64,000 bases of DNA from Escherichia coli (GTDB lineage Bacteria > Pseudomonadota > Gammaproteobacteria > Enterobacterales > Enterobacteriaceae): assembly GCF_013315695.1 (NCBI RefSeq), contig NZ_CP054353.1; one strand, written 5' to 3'. Of this stretch, positions 50,588 through 64,000 are shown piece after piece. The translations under genes were made by a program, and so were the position numbers. Each line of letters opens with the position of its first letter. Position 1 is the first letter of the stretch. Below the pieces are notes generated by a model. The model was not told where the DNA came from. It made no database searches and saw only the letters and a program-made list of their open reading frames with translations.

Positions 50588-51655
50588 ATGTTTGTGAAGC
50601 TCTTACGTTCCGTTGCGATTGGATTAATTGTCGGCGCTATTCTGCTGGTTGCCATGCCTTCGCTGCGCAGCCTTAACCCGCTTTCCACTCCGCAATTTGA
50701 CAGTACCGATGAGACGCCTGCCAGCTATAATCTGGCGGTTCGCCGCGCCGCACCAGCGGTGGTTAACGTTTACAACCGTGGTTTGAACACCAACTCTCAC
50801 AACCAGCTTGAGATCCGCACCCTGGGATCCGGTGTAATCATGGATCAACGCGGTTATATCATCACCAATAAACACGTCATCAACGACGCCGATCAGATCA
50901 TCGTCGCCTTACAAGATGGACGTGTATTTGAAGCATTGCTGGTGGGATCTGACTCTCTAACCGATCTGGCGGTACTTAAAATTAATGCCACTGGCGGTTT
51001 ACCTACCATTCCAATTAATGCACGTCGCGTACCGCACATTGGTGACGTGGTACTGGCGATCGGTAACCCGTACAACCTCGGGCAGACCATTACCCAGGGG
51101 ATTATTAGTGCCACGGGTCGAATTGGTCTGAACCCAACCGGGCGGCAAAACTTCCTGCAAACTGATGCTTCCATTAATCACGGTAACTCTGGCGGCGCGC
51201 TGGTGAACTCGCTGGGCGAACTGATGGGCATTAACACGCTATCGTTTGATAAGAGTAACGATGGCGAAACGCCGGAAGGTATCGGCTTTGCGATTCCTTT
51301 CCAGTTAGCAACCAAAATTATGGATAAACTGATCCGCGATGGTCGCGTGATCCGCGGCTACATTGGCATTGGTGGACGTGAGATCGCACCACTGCACGCG
51401 CAAGGCGGTGGTATAGATCAACTGCAAGGGATCGTGGTTAATGAAGTGTCACCTGACGGCCCGGCGGCGAATGCGGGTATTCAGGTCAATGATTTGATTA
51501 TTTCGGTGGATAACAAACCGGCCATCTCTGCTCTGGAGACGATGGATCAGGTGGCGGAAATTCGCCCTGGCTCGGTGATCCCGGTTGTAGTGATGCGTGA
51601 TGATAAGCAGTTAACGCTGCAGGTCACCATTCAGGAATATCCGGCAACCAATTAA
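50588..51655 (+). CDS. degS: Periplasmic serine endoprotease DegS
   Basis: 355-aa ORF MFVKLLRSVAIGLIVGAILLVAMPSLRSLNPL...; GNSGGAL motif and single PDZ domain. Confidence 0.95.
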   Translation: MFVKLLRSVAIGLIVGAILLVAMPSLRSLNPLSTPQFDSTDETPASYNLAVRRAAPAVVNVYNRGLNTNSHNQLEIRTLGSGVIMDQRGYIITNKHVINDADQIIVALQDGRVFEALLVGSDSLTDLAVLKINATGGLPTIPINARRVPHIGDVVLAIGNPYNLGQTITQGIISATGRIGLNPTGRQNFLQTDASINHGNSGGALVNSLGELMGINTLSFDKSNDGETPEGIGFAIPFQLATKIMDKLIRDGRVIRGYIGIGGREIAPLHAQGGGIDQLQGIVVNEVSPDGPAANAGIQVNDLIISVDNKPAISALETMDQVAEIRPGSVIPVVVMRDDKQLTLQVTIQEYPATN

Positions 51656-51670
51656 GTCGTGCGCTCAAAA

Positions 51671-51700
51671 CAAAAAACCGGAGTCTGTGCTCCGGTTTTT
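51671..51700. terminator. Bidirectional intrinsic terminator between convergent degS and mdh
   Basis: AAAAAA-CCGGAG-tctgtg-CTCCGG-TTTTTT. Confidence 0.75.
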
Positions 51701-51717
51701 TATTATCCGCTAATCAA

Positions 51718-52731
<1,014 letters not shown>

Positions 52732-53087
52732 TTACAATGACCACATCTCAAGAATGTGTAGTCACGCAAGTTTAGCGTTTATGCATTTAATTGCCGTAAT
52801 CAGGAACCTAACTTACGTAATTAACAGTCGCTTATGCATTAGCGCAACATTCCAACAGGTGGTGACAATATACCCTACCGTTCAGCCAAAACAACATCAA
52901 TTTGATAACAATTAATTTACTTTTAAGCAGAATTTGCATGCCGTGACGCAGGCATGTTTCTCAATAACGAAATTTGATAAAATCCCGCTCTTTCATAACA
53001 TTATTTCAGCCTTCTTCAGGGCTGACTGTTTGCATAAAAATTCATCTGTATGCACAATAATGTTGTATCAACCACCATATCGGGTGA

Positions 53088-53561
<474 letters not shown>

Positions 53562-53924
53562 TCTCTGCCCCGTCGCTTCTGGCGGCGGGGAAAATGTTGC
53601 TTATCCCTCTCAAACCCCTGCTTTCCCCTGCGATTAATTTAACGAATAGTGCGTTTTACTGCGACATATCATTCACACAATGAATGCATATAGTAAAAAA
53701 GCACATTATGCAAAATTCATTATCTAATTGAAAACACGATAATTAACAATAAATTATCGTGTTTTTAATTCTTTTTTGTTATTAAAATTCACATTTTTAA
53801 CACTTAGTATCAACTGAAACAGTTAGCGTGGTATTAATTAGTTCAATAATTAGTGTATACTTGATTTTGTGATATGGGTCACGAAACAAAGGCCCAGCTA
53901 AAAGATTATGTCGAGGTAAAAATC

Positions 53925-54188
53925 ATGAAAATCAAAACCACTGTTGCTGCATTAAGCGTACTTTCTGTTCTCTCTTTCGGTGCATTCGCTGCCGACTCCA
54001 TTGATGCTGCACAAGCACAAAATCGTGAAGCAATCGGGACCGTATCCGTAAGTGGTGTGGCGTCTTCGCCAATGGATATGCGTGAAATGCTGAACAAAAA
54101 AGCAGAAGAGAAAGGCGCAACGGCCTACCAGATTACTGAAGCTCGTAGCGGTGACACCTGGCACGCTACGGCTGAACTGTACAAATAA
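53925..54188 (+). CDS. yhcN: Periplasmic stress-induced protein YhcN (YdgH/BhsA/McbA family)
   Basis: Trimmed to MKIKTTVAALSVLSVLSFGAFAADSIDAAQAQNREAIGTVSVSGVASSPMDMREMLNKKAEEKGATAYQITEARSGDTWHATAELYK (87 aa; signal peptide). Confidence 0.9.
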   Translation: MKIKTTVAALSVLSVLSFGAFAADSIDAAQAQNREAIGTVSVSGVASSPMDMREMLNKKAEEKGATAYQITEARSGDTWHATAELYK

Positions 54189-54215
54189 ACCCTCATCATC
54201 TTGTCCGACGATATT

Positions 54216-54240
54216 GCCCCCGGTTCGGGGGCTTTTTTTT
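54216..54240. terminator. Intrinsic terminator between convergent yhcN and yhcO
   Basis: GCCCCCGG-ttcg-GGGGGC followed by TTTTTTTT. Confidence 0.75.
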
Positions 54241-54243
54241 GCG

Positions 54244-54516
54244 CTAATGACGAACATTAAAACGCAAATGCCCTTCCAGCTCTTCCTCTGCCTCATCAAA
54301 CAGCAATATTAACGCGCCAAAACGGCGACGCGTTTTCTCTCCCAGATGAACAAATTCAATCTCAAGTGGTAGCGGCAGGACATCGTTCATTAACACATCC
54401 CATAGAGAGTCGAGATCGCGTACTTTATCTTTTGCCAGACCAAAGGTTTGGCTGAAGTCGCGGTAAAAATCCTCCTGACTCTCAATCTCATCAAAATCAA
54501 AGGTATAAATATTCAT
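54244..54516 (-). CDS. yhcO: Barstar-like protein YhcO
   Basis: 90-aa [93 protein letters not shown]; barstar similarity is from prior knowledge of YhcO. Confidence 0.88.
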   Translation of the reverse strand: MNIYTFDFDEIESQEDFYRDFSQTFGLAKDKVRDLDSLWDVLMNDVLPLPLEIEFVHLGEKTRRRFGALILLFDEAEEELEGHLRFNVRH

Positions 54517-54607
54517 CTGTTGCCACCGTCACGTTTCGCGGCGAGTTCTGCCGTTCATTGCTAAGTATAGCCATGAAAAAACCGACGCTTTTGGCGTCGG
54601 TTTTGAC

Positions 54608-56575
54608 TTAACTATCGGTCAACGCATGTTGATACTTATGGAGCATACCCGTAAGCCGATGTACTGGTTCCGTCACCTGCGGTGGCGCTTGCCAGATGCG
54701 TAGCTTTTCCTGGTAGATTTCCAGTTCTTCCAGCAACTGGCCAAAGTACCGACGACGTTTATCATCGCTACGGGCAGATATCACATGGTCTGCTGTGCGG
54801 CGCATTTGCCGGTGAAATGCCGATAAATCCTCGTTAACCGGGATCGGCGCATCACGCAGGCGCTGGTGCGCGATAATCATCGTCAGTGCCAGGCGAAATT
54901 TCGGCAAATCCCCTGGGAACTTATTCATCAGCAAAAACAGCTGCTGATAAAGTGCCGGGAGGTGATTCTCTTTACGACGTGCCACATTGGTAGTCATCGC
55001 GGAAACAGCGGCAGAAACAAACTGATTAAGCAGTACACGTCCAGTCCTGTCGCGCGATTTATCCCGCACCAGCAAAATAACGGTGAACGCGAGCACACAG
55101 CCGACGATTTGCCCTAATGCGCTGTCGAGAAACTGACTGAAATGGAAAGTCATCGGGTTATCCAGCACGATAATATTTATGGTGCTGGCCAGCGCCCCCA
55201 TCGAGCCCAGTCGCCGTTTCTGTACTTCTATACCGAGGAAAAATCCCAGCACTGCCAGGCTAATACACAGCAATAACATGCTTTGTTGGGTATTAGGGAT
55301 AATCACCAAAAAGTAGAGCAGCCCTAACGGCAGCGCCGCCAGCGTCCCATAGATAAAGTCGATCGCCACCATGCGTGGATTCGGCAAACGCATTGCCAGT
55401 GACGTCACGACCGCAATCATCACCATTGCACCACTGCCGGAAGTCCAGCCCGTCCACAGCCAGAAAAGCGTGCCCAGAATGCAAGAAAGTGTGGTTCGCC
55501 AGAAGTTAACCATTGCATGATGACGTTCGGCTGACTCTACTTTTACTTCCGGTTCGCCTTGCAGGATCTCTTCTTCGGTGGCGTTAATTTTTGTGTTACT
55601 GATAACGCCGCGCTTGAGAAGCTGATAACGCGTTGCCGCCGCGACCCAGCTATAAATGGTAACAGGCGTTTCCCGTTCCCCGGTCCAGGCGATCACTCTC
55701 CGCAGGCGTTTGAGCTGCTTGTGGACGTCCTGCGCGGTTTCTACCGGCGTGTCAAAAAATTCGCGGAAAGTATCAGTGATCAATTCCGGGCGCGTATTCT
55801 GAATAAGATAAGTTTCGCAGGATTGTGTAATCAGCGTCAGCGATAGCGTATTGATCGCTTTTAAACGTCGATTGGCCCGCGCCCAGCGGGAAGATTCCAT
55901 ATTCAGGTTGCTGCGCATACCTTGTAACGCCGTAGTACGTCGCACCAGATCGCCCCAGGCTTTATCGACAACTTCACCATCGCCATGCTTGATACAGAGT
56001 TGCATTAATTGATATTGCGCGACCAGCAAACTTTCCAGCTCTCGATCCACTTCTTGTTTGATCGATCGCGGAGAAAAGAGCAAATCCGCCATAATTGCAC
56101 ACACAATACCGATAACGATCTCGCTACAACGTTCGACGGCAAACTGCGGCGTAAGCAATGGTTCCGGCTGAATGGTGATCACAATGATCAGCGCGGTATA
56201 ACCGGCCAGCCCCCACGCATACGAGTTTTCTATTCGTACCAGCGAGGATATCCAGGTACAAAAACCGGCCCAGATACAGCACACCAGAATCATCAATAAT
56301 GGTGCGCGGATCATCGCAATGATGATTACCAGTCCGGCAATACAGCCAATAAATGTGCCGATGATGCGCAAAAAGCCACGATAGCGAATGGCGCCAGAAT
56401 ACGGTTCACCTCCCGCAGCAAAGGCCGGACCGGCGGCAACAATCGCCGCTGTCAGTACCGCCCAGCGTGGCGTTTCCAGCTGGAAGTGAAAGCCAACAAA
56501 CAGCGCCAGTACAATGGCGGTCGCCAGTTTTACCGCAAAGCGAATATGTTGATTAGCAATGGACAAAATACCCAT
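54608..56575 (-). CDS. aaeB: p-Hydroxybenzoic acid efflux pump subunit AaeB
   Basis: 655-aa polytopic [52 protein letters not shown]... Confidence 0.94.
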   Translation of the reverse strand: MGILSIANQHIRFAVKLATAIVLALFVGFHFQLETPRWAVLTAAIVAAGPAFAAGGEPYSGAIRYRGFLRIIGTFIGCIAGLVIIIAMIRAPLLMILVCCIWAGFCTWISSLVRIENSYAWGLAGYTALIIVITIQPEPLLTPQFAVERCSEIVIGIVCAIMADLLFSPRSIKQEVDRELESLLVAQYQLMQLCIKHGDGEVVDKAWGDLVRRTTALQGMRSNLNMESSRWARANRRLKAINTLSLTLITQSCETYLIQNTRPELITDTFREFFDTPVETAQDVHKQLKRLRRVIAWTGERETPVTIYSWVAAATRYQLLKRGVISNTKINATEEEILQGEPEVKVESAERHHAMVNFWRTTLSCILGTLFWLWTGWTSGSGAMVMIAVVTSLAMRLPNPRMVAIDFIYGTLAALPLGLLYFLVIIPNTQQSMLLLCISLAVLGFFLGIEVQKRRLGSMGALASTINIIVLDNPMTFHFSQFLDSALGQIVGCVLAFTVILLVRDKSRDRTGRVLLNQFVSAAVSAMTTNVARRKENHLPALYQQLFLLMNKFPGDLPKFRLALTMIIAHQRLRDAPIPVNEDLSAFHRQMRRTADHVISARSDDKRRRYFGQLLEELEIYQEKLRIWQAPPQVTEPVHRLTGMLHKYQHALTDS

Positions 56576-56580
56576 CGTGA

Positions 56581-57513
56581 TTAACCAAACTCACGCAGGC
56601 GATGGGCCATTTTACGGAAGAACGAATCCTGGCTTTCGTCGCGATCTTGTTTGCCAGTGACCACCACTGTAGCAGTGGTGCCCGCAGGCCAGATGTTCTC
56701 TTGCTGGTTGTCGAGACGAATGCGTACCGGAACACGTTGCGCCAAACGTACCCATTCAAGGTTAGAGTCGATGGTCGCCATCCCTTTGTCGTCACGCGTG
56801 CTGCTGGCGTTGGTGACCCCTGCGGCAACACTATCAACAGTCCCTTTCAGCACTTTGTTACTGCCAAGCGGCGTGATCTCTGCACGATACCCAGGGCGCA
56901 CTCCTTCCAGCTTGGTTTCTTCCATATAGGCCAGTACATAGAAAGAGTTCTGTTTCACCAGCGCAACCGCCGTTGATCCACGGGTAATAAACTCACCGGT
57001 ATAGACGTTGAGGTTGGTCACCCAGCCATCTGCTGGCGCGCGGATCACCGTGCGTTCAAGATCCAGTTTTGCCAGATCGCGGGTCGCCTGCGCTTTCGCT
57101 AACTGATGCAGAACCGTTTGTAGTACGTTGTTGGCCTGATCGATCTCTTCGCGAGACATCGCCTGCACACCGAGACGGTTACGACGTCCGGCCTCCTGGC
57201 GTTTCTCCTGTGCCAGTACCTGATAATAAGCAACATCGGCTTGCGCTTCCTCAAGCGCCTTTTGATAGCGCGGCTGGTCGATGGTGAACAGTACCTGTCC
57301 TTTTTTCACCAGCTGGTTATCATGAACATTCACCTGGGTAATGAGTCCAGAAACGTCCGGCGCGATCGCAACGACGTCAGCGCTAAAGCGCGCGTCACGC
57401 GTCCACGGGGATTCGGTGTAATAGACCCAGGCATTAAAAATTGCGATGAAGGCCAGAATGACTAATACGACCGTGATGGCCGTACGGGAGAATTTTCTTA
57501 TTAGTGTTTTCAC
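56581..57513 (-). CDS. aaeA: p-Hydroxybenzoic acid efflux pump membrane-fusion subunit AaeA
   Basis: 310-aa [59 protein letters not shown]... Confidence 0.94.
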
Positions 57514-57520
57514 TTCAACC

Positions 57521-57724
57521 TCAAACGAACAGTCGCGATATCAAATAAAACAAGCAGCAATAGAGCGCGGTGTTGAACAACGCCGGATGCCAGACAAAGT
57601 CGTAGATACCTGTTGGCACAAGTACCCGGCGCACCAGCCAGAAAATCGCCAGTGATAAAAGCAATTCAAAAAATATCGGTGGAAAGGACAGCCCAAACAC
57701 CACGATAACGGGAAACAGACTCAT
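57521..57724 (-). CDS. aaeX: Small membrane protein AaeX
   Basis: Trimmed to [67 protein letters not shown] (67 aa). Confidence 0.9.
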
Positions 57725-57906
57725 GTTGACCTTGGTTGTATAGAGAGAGCAGGCGTTATTATTTTCAGCATCTGTCGCCGCAGAGAAGGGCATGGAAAGC
57801 CGGGCGAGAGCAACATTGCTGTAGATTGATATTTAATATATTAGCGTAACTGTTATGCTGTTATCTATATTATGTGATCTAAATCACTTTTAAGTCAGAG
57901 TGAATA

Positions 57907-58836
57907 ATGGAACGACTAAAACGCATGTCGGTGTTTGCCAAAGTAGTTGAATTTGGCTCTTTTACCGCCGCCGCCAGACAGCTACAGATGAGCGTTTCGT
58001 CCATCAGTCAGACGGTGTCAAAACTGGAAGATGAGTTACAGGTAAAGCTGTTAAACCGTAGTACACGCAGCATTGGCCTGACCGAAGCCGGTAGAATTTA
58101 CTACCAGGGCTGCCGTCGGATGCTCCATGAAGTGCAGGATGTTCATGAGCAACTGTATGCCTTCAATAACACCCCCATCGGGACGCTGCGCATTGGCTGT
58201 TCTTCAACTATGGCACAAAATGTTCTCGCCGGGCTGACAGCAAAAATGCTGAAAGAATACCCAGGTTTGAGCGTCAATCTGGTTACCGGAATTCCTGCCC
58301 CCGACCTGATTGCCGACGGTCTGGATGTGGTGATCCGCGTCGGCGCGTTGCAGGATTCCAGCCTGTTTTCCCGCCGTCTGGGCGCGATGCCAATGGTGGT
58401 GTGCGCCGCGAAAAGCTATCTCACACAATACGGCATACCGGAAAAACCCGCCGATTTAAGTAGTCATTCATGGCTTGAATACAGCGTGCGACCCGACAAT
58501 GAATTTGAACTGATCGCACCGGAAGGGATCTCGACTCGCCTGATCCCGCAAGGGAGATTTGTGACTAATGATCCGATGACGCTGGTGCGCTGGCTGACTG
58601 CAGGCGCTGGGATCGCCTACGTGCCGCTGATGTGGGTGATCAACGAGATTAATCGCGGGGAGCTGGAGATCCTGCTGCCACGTTACCAGTCAGATCCACG
58701 CCCGGTTTATGCGTTATATACCGAAAAAGATAAGCTGCCGCTGAAGGTACAAGTCGTGATCAACTCGCTAACGGATTATTTTGTTGAGGTCGGTAAATTG
58801 TTTCAGGAGATGCACGGGCGCGGGAAAGAGAAGTAA
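57907..58836 (+). CDS. aaeR: LysR-family activator of aaeXAB
   Basis: 309-aa ORF MERLKRMSVFAKVVEFGSFTAAARQLQMSVSSISQTVSKLEDELQVKLLNRSTRSIGLTEAG...; divergent from aaeX. Confidence 0.94.
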   Translation: MERLKRMSVFAKVVEFGSFTAAARQLQMSVSSISQTVSKLEDELQVKLLNRSTRSIGLTEAGRIYYQGCRRMLHEVQDVHEQLYAFNNTPIGTLRIGCSSTMAQNVLAGLTAKMLKEYPGLSVNLVTGIPAPDLIADGLDVVIRVGALQDSSLFSRRLGAMPMVVCAAKSYLTQYGIPEKPADLSSHSWLEYSVRPDNEFELIAPEGISTRLIPQGRFVTNDPMTLVRWLTAGAGIAYVPLMWVINEINRGELEILLPRYQSDPRPVYALYTEKDKLPLKVQVVINSLTDYFVEVGKLFQEMHGRGKEK

Positions 58837-58962
58837 TTAATATTGTACTGTTACGTTGTACAAACCTGTGCCAATGGGGTCCCCTCACCCTAATCCCAGA
58901 GGGCGAGGGGACCGTTCGTGCACGTAAAAGGATTAATTATCCTTCTGAAAATACTGAAATTA

Positions 58963-60423
<1,461 letters not shown>

Positions 60424-60455
60424 TTAGTTACTGCAGTAGAGGATTTTTTACGGCT

Positions 60456-60488
60456 GCCGGATGCGGCGTGAACGCCCTGTCCGGCCTA
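60456..60488. repeat. REP (repetitive extragenic palindrome) element between tldD and yhdP
   Basis: GCCGGATGCGGCGTGAACGCCCTGTCCGGCCTAC matches the E. coli REP consensus. Confidence 0.7.
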
Positions 60489-60563
60489 CGGTTATGTTCC
60501 GGCTCGTTGGCCTTTGGCAACGATTATCATATGAGATTGGGGCAATTACGCGCCCTCGTCAAA

Positions 60564-63500
60564 TCATTGCGCTTTTTCTTTACGCGGTTGGCGCAACACT
60601 TCGTTGATTTGCGGATCGTCCAGCGGACCCGAAATGTGATAGCGCAAAATGGAGACTTTGCTCCACAGCGGCCCCAGCACTTTACTGGCTGCAAACACTG
60701 CCGCGCCAACAATGGGGTTAACCGCAAAAGCCGCAGCCACGCCCACCGTCGCAGAAATCTCTGGTGCGACAACCGCTTCCATATTCAGGTCGCGACGCAC
60801 CAGATTTACCGACCCTTTCATGGCAATGTCCGCTTCCAGGCCATCCACCAGCGTGTCGTCGGTGTGCATAACGCCGTCTTTAATCCACGCGGTGCTGCGA
60901 ATGGAGTCAAAATAGAACCCTTCACCAAAGGTGTCTCTGAAATCAAAACGCAGCTTACGCATCAGGGCATCAACGCTCAATAAGCGCAGCAATTGCCCGG
61001 CATGTCCGGTATTGATTTCGGTAATTTCGCCTTTGCCCAGTTGAGTATGAATGATGCCATTCAACGTCGCCTCATCTGGTTGCCAGGGTGCTTTGCGCCA
61101 GTGTAAATCGTAATCCACATTAAATGACGACTGGCGTATGGGCGTCGTGACACCAAAAAATTCTGCGGCGGCATCAATTTTCTGCCCACGCAGTTTTCCT
61201 TTCAGCGAGGTGCGTTCATTTCCCGGATTGTTAACCCATTCACCATCGGCAGTAAGCCGCGAGAAACCAGTATCAATCAGTCCATTGGTCAGCGTTAATG
61301 TATTGCCAGAAATGGTGATATCACTGTCAATGCGCCCGAATTTTTGCCCCCAGAACCAGCACTCTGCGCATCGTATTTGGGCGTCCGGCCAGCCACGGAA
61401 GTTAATGCGCTCCGTTGTCGGGAAAGATGATGACTGTGTTGAATCACCACGAGTTTTCGCCACGCTCGGGTTGTAATAAAGATATTTGATATTCGCCAGC
61501 CACGGCGCGTTATTACGCATCGCCAGCGTGGCGTTGATTTCACGCCCTTGCGCCTCAACCAGGGTGCCATTTGCCGTCGGTTGCGAAACAATACTCAGGT
61601 TATTCCATTGCTGATTTCCCAGCGACAACATAGGCGTACGTAACGTTATGTGTTGTGGGAAACTCGCTGCACCACCGACACTCTCCGCCGCGCCTTTCTG
61701 GAACAGGGCCAGCCACTCGGCACCATTCATCGGCGGCATATTGAGTTCAACGCCACTTTGTTCCGGCAACGGCGGGAGCGTTTTACTGTCTGCCGCCCAA
61801 ATAGCACGATCGAGCGTCAGCTTTTGACCGAGCAACCAGCGGCTATTGAAATGGTTATCCGCACCTGCCTGTCCGGTTAATTCAAAGCTGTTGAGATTGC
61901 CATCAACCTTAACGTTTACCGGTAGTGGTTCACCCGCAGGTTTGGCTAACGGTGAAGGTAAGTGACTGCTCACATTCTTCAGATCGCCGTTCAGCTCTAC
62001 GTTATAGGTCGCGCCAGCATGATAAGGCAACTCAATGCCCACTTTACCATCCCACGCCACGCTGCCATTTAATGCTTCGTTCACCGCTTCAGGCAGAACG
62101 CCGGTTTTCGCTGGTTGCCAGTTACCGTTGAGATTCACCGCGACCTGGTAGGCTTTTGCCCCTTCTTTGGTGGAAAAATCCACGTTCAACGGCTGATTAA
62201 ACCAGCTTGCTGTCAGTGGTTCACTTTGCAGATCGCCATTAATAAAGCTGAATTTCCCGCTCAAATTTTTCAGGGTGCTGTCGAGTGGTTTGATAAACAG
62301 ACTGTTATTACGCAGCGTCACTTCACCTTTCGCGGTTACCAGTTCGCCGTTCAGCGGGATATCAAGATGTAAGCGAGCATTCACATCGCCGTCGAGCTGG
62401 AGTTCTTGCAGGGTCGCACCCAGAGAATCTTTCAGCGGTGTCTCATCAAAGTAAGGGCCGACGGCTTTACCCGGGCCTTTAATGTCAGCGTCAATCAGCA
62501 GTTTTTCTTTTGAGTAGTCAGGGATCACTGCGGTGAGATTACTCGCACGCACGCCGCCCAGATTAACGCCATCGGTTTTCATCCATAAACCGTCGTTAAT
62601 AAAGTCCAGTTCAATATCAAGGTTAGTTAATGCAGGCCAGTCCGGCTGGAAGGCAAACTTCGCGTTGCGCAGCGGCACCAGCACTTCAAACTGACCTTCA
62701 TTGTGTTTATAGGGGAAGAGTTGCGGATTGCCACCATAAACCAGCGTCGCGTTATCCGCTTCACCGCCCTGAATCGCGCCACTTAAGTAATCAACCAGGT
62801 CTTTACCCATCAAGTTTTCCGGGAAATAGCGCCAGGCTTGTGAACCATCATCGGTACTGATGCCAGCCAGAATACCCAGCCAGGGTTCATCGTTAGCAGG
62901 TTGCAGGTAACGAAAATCGCCGCGCGCATGGACGGCTTTGGCTTTAACGTCAATATTACGTCCATCCAGCTGGAAACCTTTGTCATTGTTCAGCCAGCTT
63001 ATCGTTGCCTGGCCGTCGGCGATTTCCAGTGGCGCGCGGAATACCGTTTCGTAAGGCATCTTTGCCTGCTTCATCGACGCAGTAAGCAAACCATTTTCTA
63101 CGCTGCCGGAAAGCGTCCCGGAGAAGTGTTCCGCACCCGGTAATAATTTCCATTGCTTCCAGGCCAGATCGCTCCACGATGCCTGAAAACGGGTCTTGTC
63201 TGCCGCCTGAAGCGGGATATCCAGCGCCAGAGTGTTAATCTTGCCGCTCGGTTGTGTGGAGCGCCAAACATCACCCAGTGCAGGTGAAAGTTTCGCGACC
63301 AGCGGGCGTACGCCCTCCAGGCCTGCCAGCTCCAGATTACTGGCGCGAATCCGGAGTTCGTCACTGCGTTTATTGTCTTTGCCTCTAACGTCCTGTTCCG
63401 GTATCCAGGCCAGCGTCAATGCTCCGCTCGGCCAGGGTTTGCCGTCCATCGTGATCCGTGTATCGGGAATAGAGAACTGCCATCCCGGATTTTCACGCGT

Positions 63501-64000
63501 AATATGCGCAGTCAGATTATCCACCGACAGCGTATGTGTTTCCTTCTCGCCCAACCAGCTGGCACCGCCCTGTTTCAGCCAGACGTCACCGCCGGTTACA
63601 TCGCCTTTGTCGATCGTCATCCAGCCTTCAAGGGAGAACTGTGCCGTTTCCAGCGCAATATTGTCCTGCATCCATTTACCGAGCCACGGCTTCAGGTCGA
63701 TGTCATCCGCCTGGAGCCAGACGCGACCATTGCTTAACAACCCCTCATCATCGCGCAAATCCATGCGCACCTGCATCACGCCGTGCTGTCCGGTAAGGCT
63801 GGAGAGGCTTACCAGGCCTTCCGCACGGTGTCGACGTGGATCGTTCAGCCAGGTGAGCTGTGGGATCGCCAGCTCGGCGCGCTGACCGGATAGCGTCAGG
63901 AAACTGACTTCACTGTCGCGGAGATCGAAATGGTCAAATTGACGAAGAAAAAGATCGCTGATGTGACTGGCTTCCAGGCTATCATTACCACCACCGCTGG
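60564..64000 (-). CDS. yhdP: AsmA-like bridge-type outer membrane biogenesis protein YhdP (partial, N-terminus beyond window end)
   Basis: Very long minus-strand frame ending ...VLGPLWSKVSILRYHISGPLDDPQINEVLRQPRKEKAQ at 60564; track ORF begins at an internal Met (63779) but the frame stays open to the window edge. Confidence 0.92.
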   Translation of the reverse strand, partial: SGGGNDSLEASHISDLFLRQFDHFDLRDSEVSFLTLSGQRAELAIPQLTWLNDPRRHRAEGLVSLSSLTGQHGVMQVRMDLRDDEGLLSNGRVWLQADDIDLKPWLGKWMQDNIALETAQFSLEGWMTIDKGDVTGGDVWLKQGGASWLGEKETHTLSVDNLTAHITRENPGWQFSIPDTRITMDGKPWPSGALTLAWIPEQDVRGKDNKRSDELRIRASNLELAGLEGVRPLVAKLSPALGDVWRSTQPSGKINTLALDIPLQAADKTRFQASWSDLAWKQWKLLPGAEHFSGTLSGSVENGLLTASMKQAKMPYETVFRAPLEIADGQATISWLNNDKGFQLDGRNIDVKAKAVHARGDFRYLQPANDEPWLGILAGISTDDGSQAWRYFPENLMGKDLVDYLSGAIQGGEADNATLVYGGNPQLFPYKHNEGQFEVLVPLRNAKFAFQPDWPALTNLDIELDFINDGLWMKTDGVNLGGVRASNLTAVIPDYSKEKLLIDADIKGPGKAVGPYFDETPLKDSLGATLQELQLDGDVNARLHLDIPLNGELVTAKGEVTLRNNSLFIKPLDSTLKNLSGKFSFINGDLQSEPLTASWFNQPLNVDFSTKEGAKAYQVAVNLNGNWQPAKTGVLPEAVNEALNGSVAWDGKVGIELPYHAGATYNVELNGDLKNVSSHLPSPLAKPAGEPLPVNVKVDGNLNSFELTGQAGADNHFNSRWLLGQKLTLDRAIWAADSKTLPPLPEQSGVELNMPPMNGAEWLALFQKGAAESVGGAASFPQHITLRTPMLSLGNQQWNNLSIVSQPTANGTLVEAQGREINATLAMRNNAPWLANIKYLYYNPSVAKTRGDSTQSSSFPTTERINFRGWPDAQIRCAECWFWGQKFGRIDSDITISGNTLTLTNGLIDTGFSRLTADGEWVNNPGNERTSLKGKLRGQKIDAAAEFFGVTTPIRQSSFNVDYDLHWRKAPWQPDEATLNGIIHTQLGKGEITEINTGHAGQLLRLLSVDALMRKLRFDFRDTFGEGFYFDSIRSTAWIKDGVMHTDDTLVDGLEADIAMKGSVNLVRRDLNMEAVVAPEISATVGVAAAFAVNPIVGAAVFAASKVLGPLWSKVSILRYHISGPLDDPQINEVLRQPRKEKAQ

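Noticed and set aside
58876-58913. 9-bp GC stem (GGTCCCCTC ... GAGGGGACC) with 18-nt loop between aaeR and tldD
   Set aside because: It could be a terminator, but there is no U-tract on either strand and the loop is long. I left it uncalled rather than assign a function.

Overview
This window reads as a contiguous stretch of Escherichia coli / Shigella core chromosome, colinear with the K-12 region running ftsH-rlmE-greA-dacB-obgE-rplU/rpmA-ispB-murA-mla-kdsDC-lptCAB-rpoN-hpf-ptsN-rapZ-npr-arcB-gltBD-nan-sspAB-rpsI/rplM-degQS-mdh-argR-aaeXAB-tldD-yhdP. All calls were made by recognising the translated ORFs and motifs from memory; no database search was possible. I do not see a convincing novel multi-gene system: no integrase, no phage or defence island, no CRISPR array, no tRNA or rRNA. 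Three things depart from the K-12 arrangement as I remember it: (1) a complete 768-bp IS1 inserted in dcuD; (2) gltD is followed directly by yhcG, so gltF and the yhcA-yhcD-yhcE-yhcF fimbrial cluster are absent; (3) yhcG (DUF1016, PDDEXK-nuclease-like) is split by a frame change that falls inside a tandem pair of 25-bp palindromes, with a third related palindrome just past its stop codon. That palindrome family is the one structure here that standard annotation does not explain. Recognisable non-coding features include the ArcZ sRNA overlapping the arcB 3' end, the greA-leader terminator, the NanR operator, a PhoP box ahead of yrbL, a REP element and several intrinsic terminators. Most start codons were refined from the ORF track to the known N-termini and checked against the sequence.
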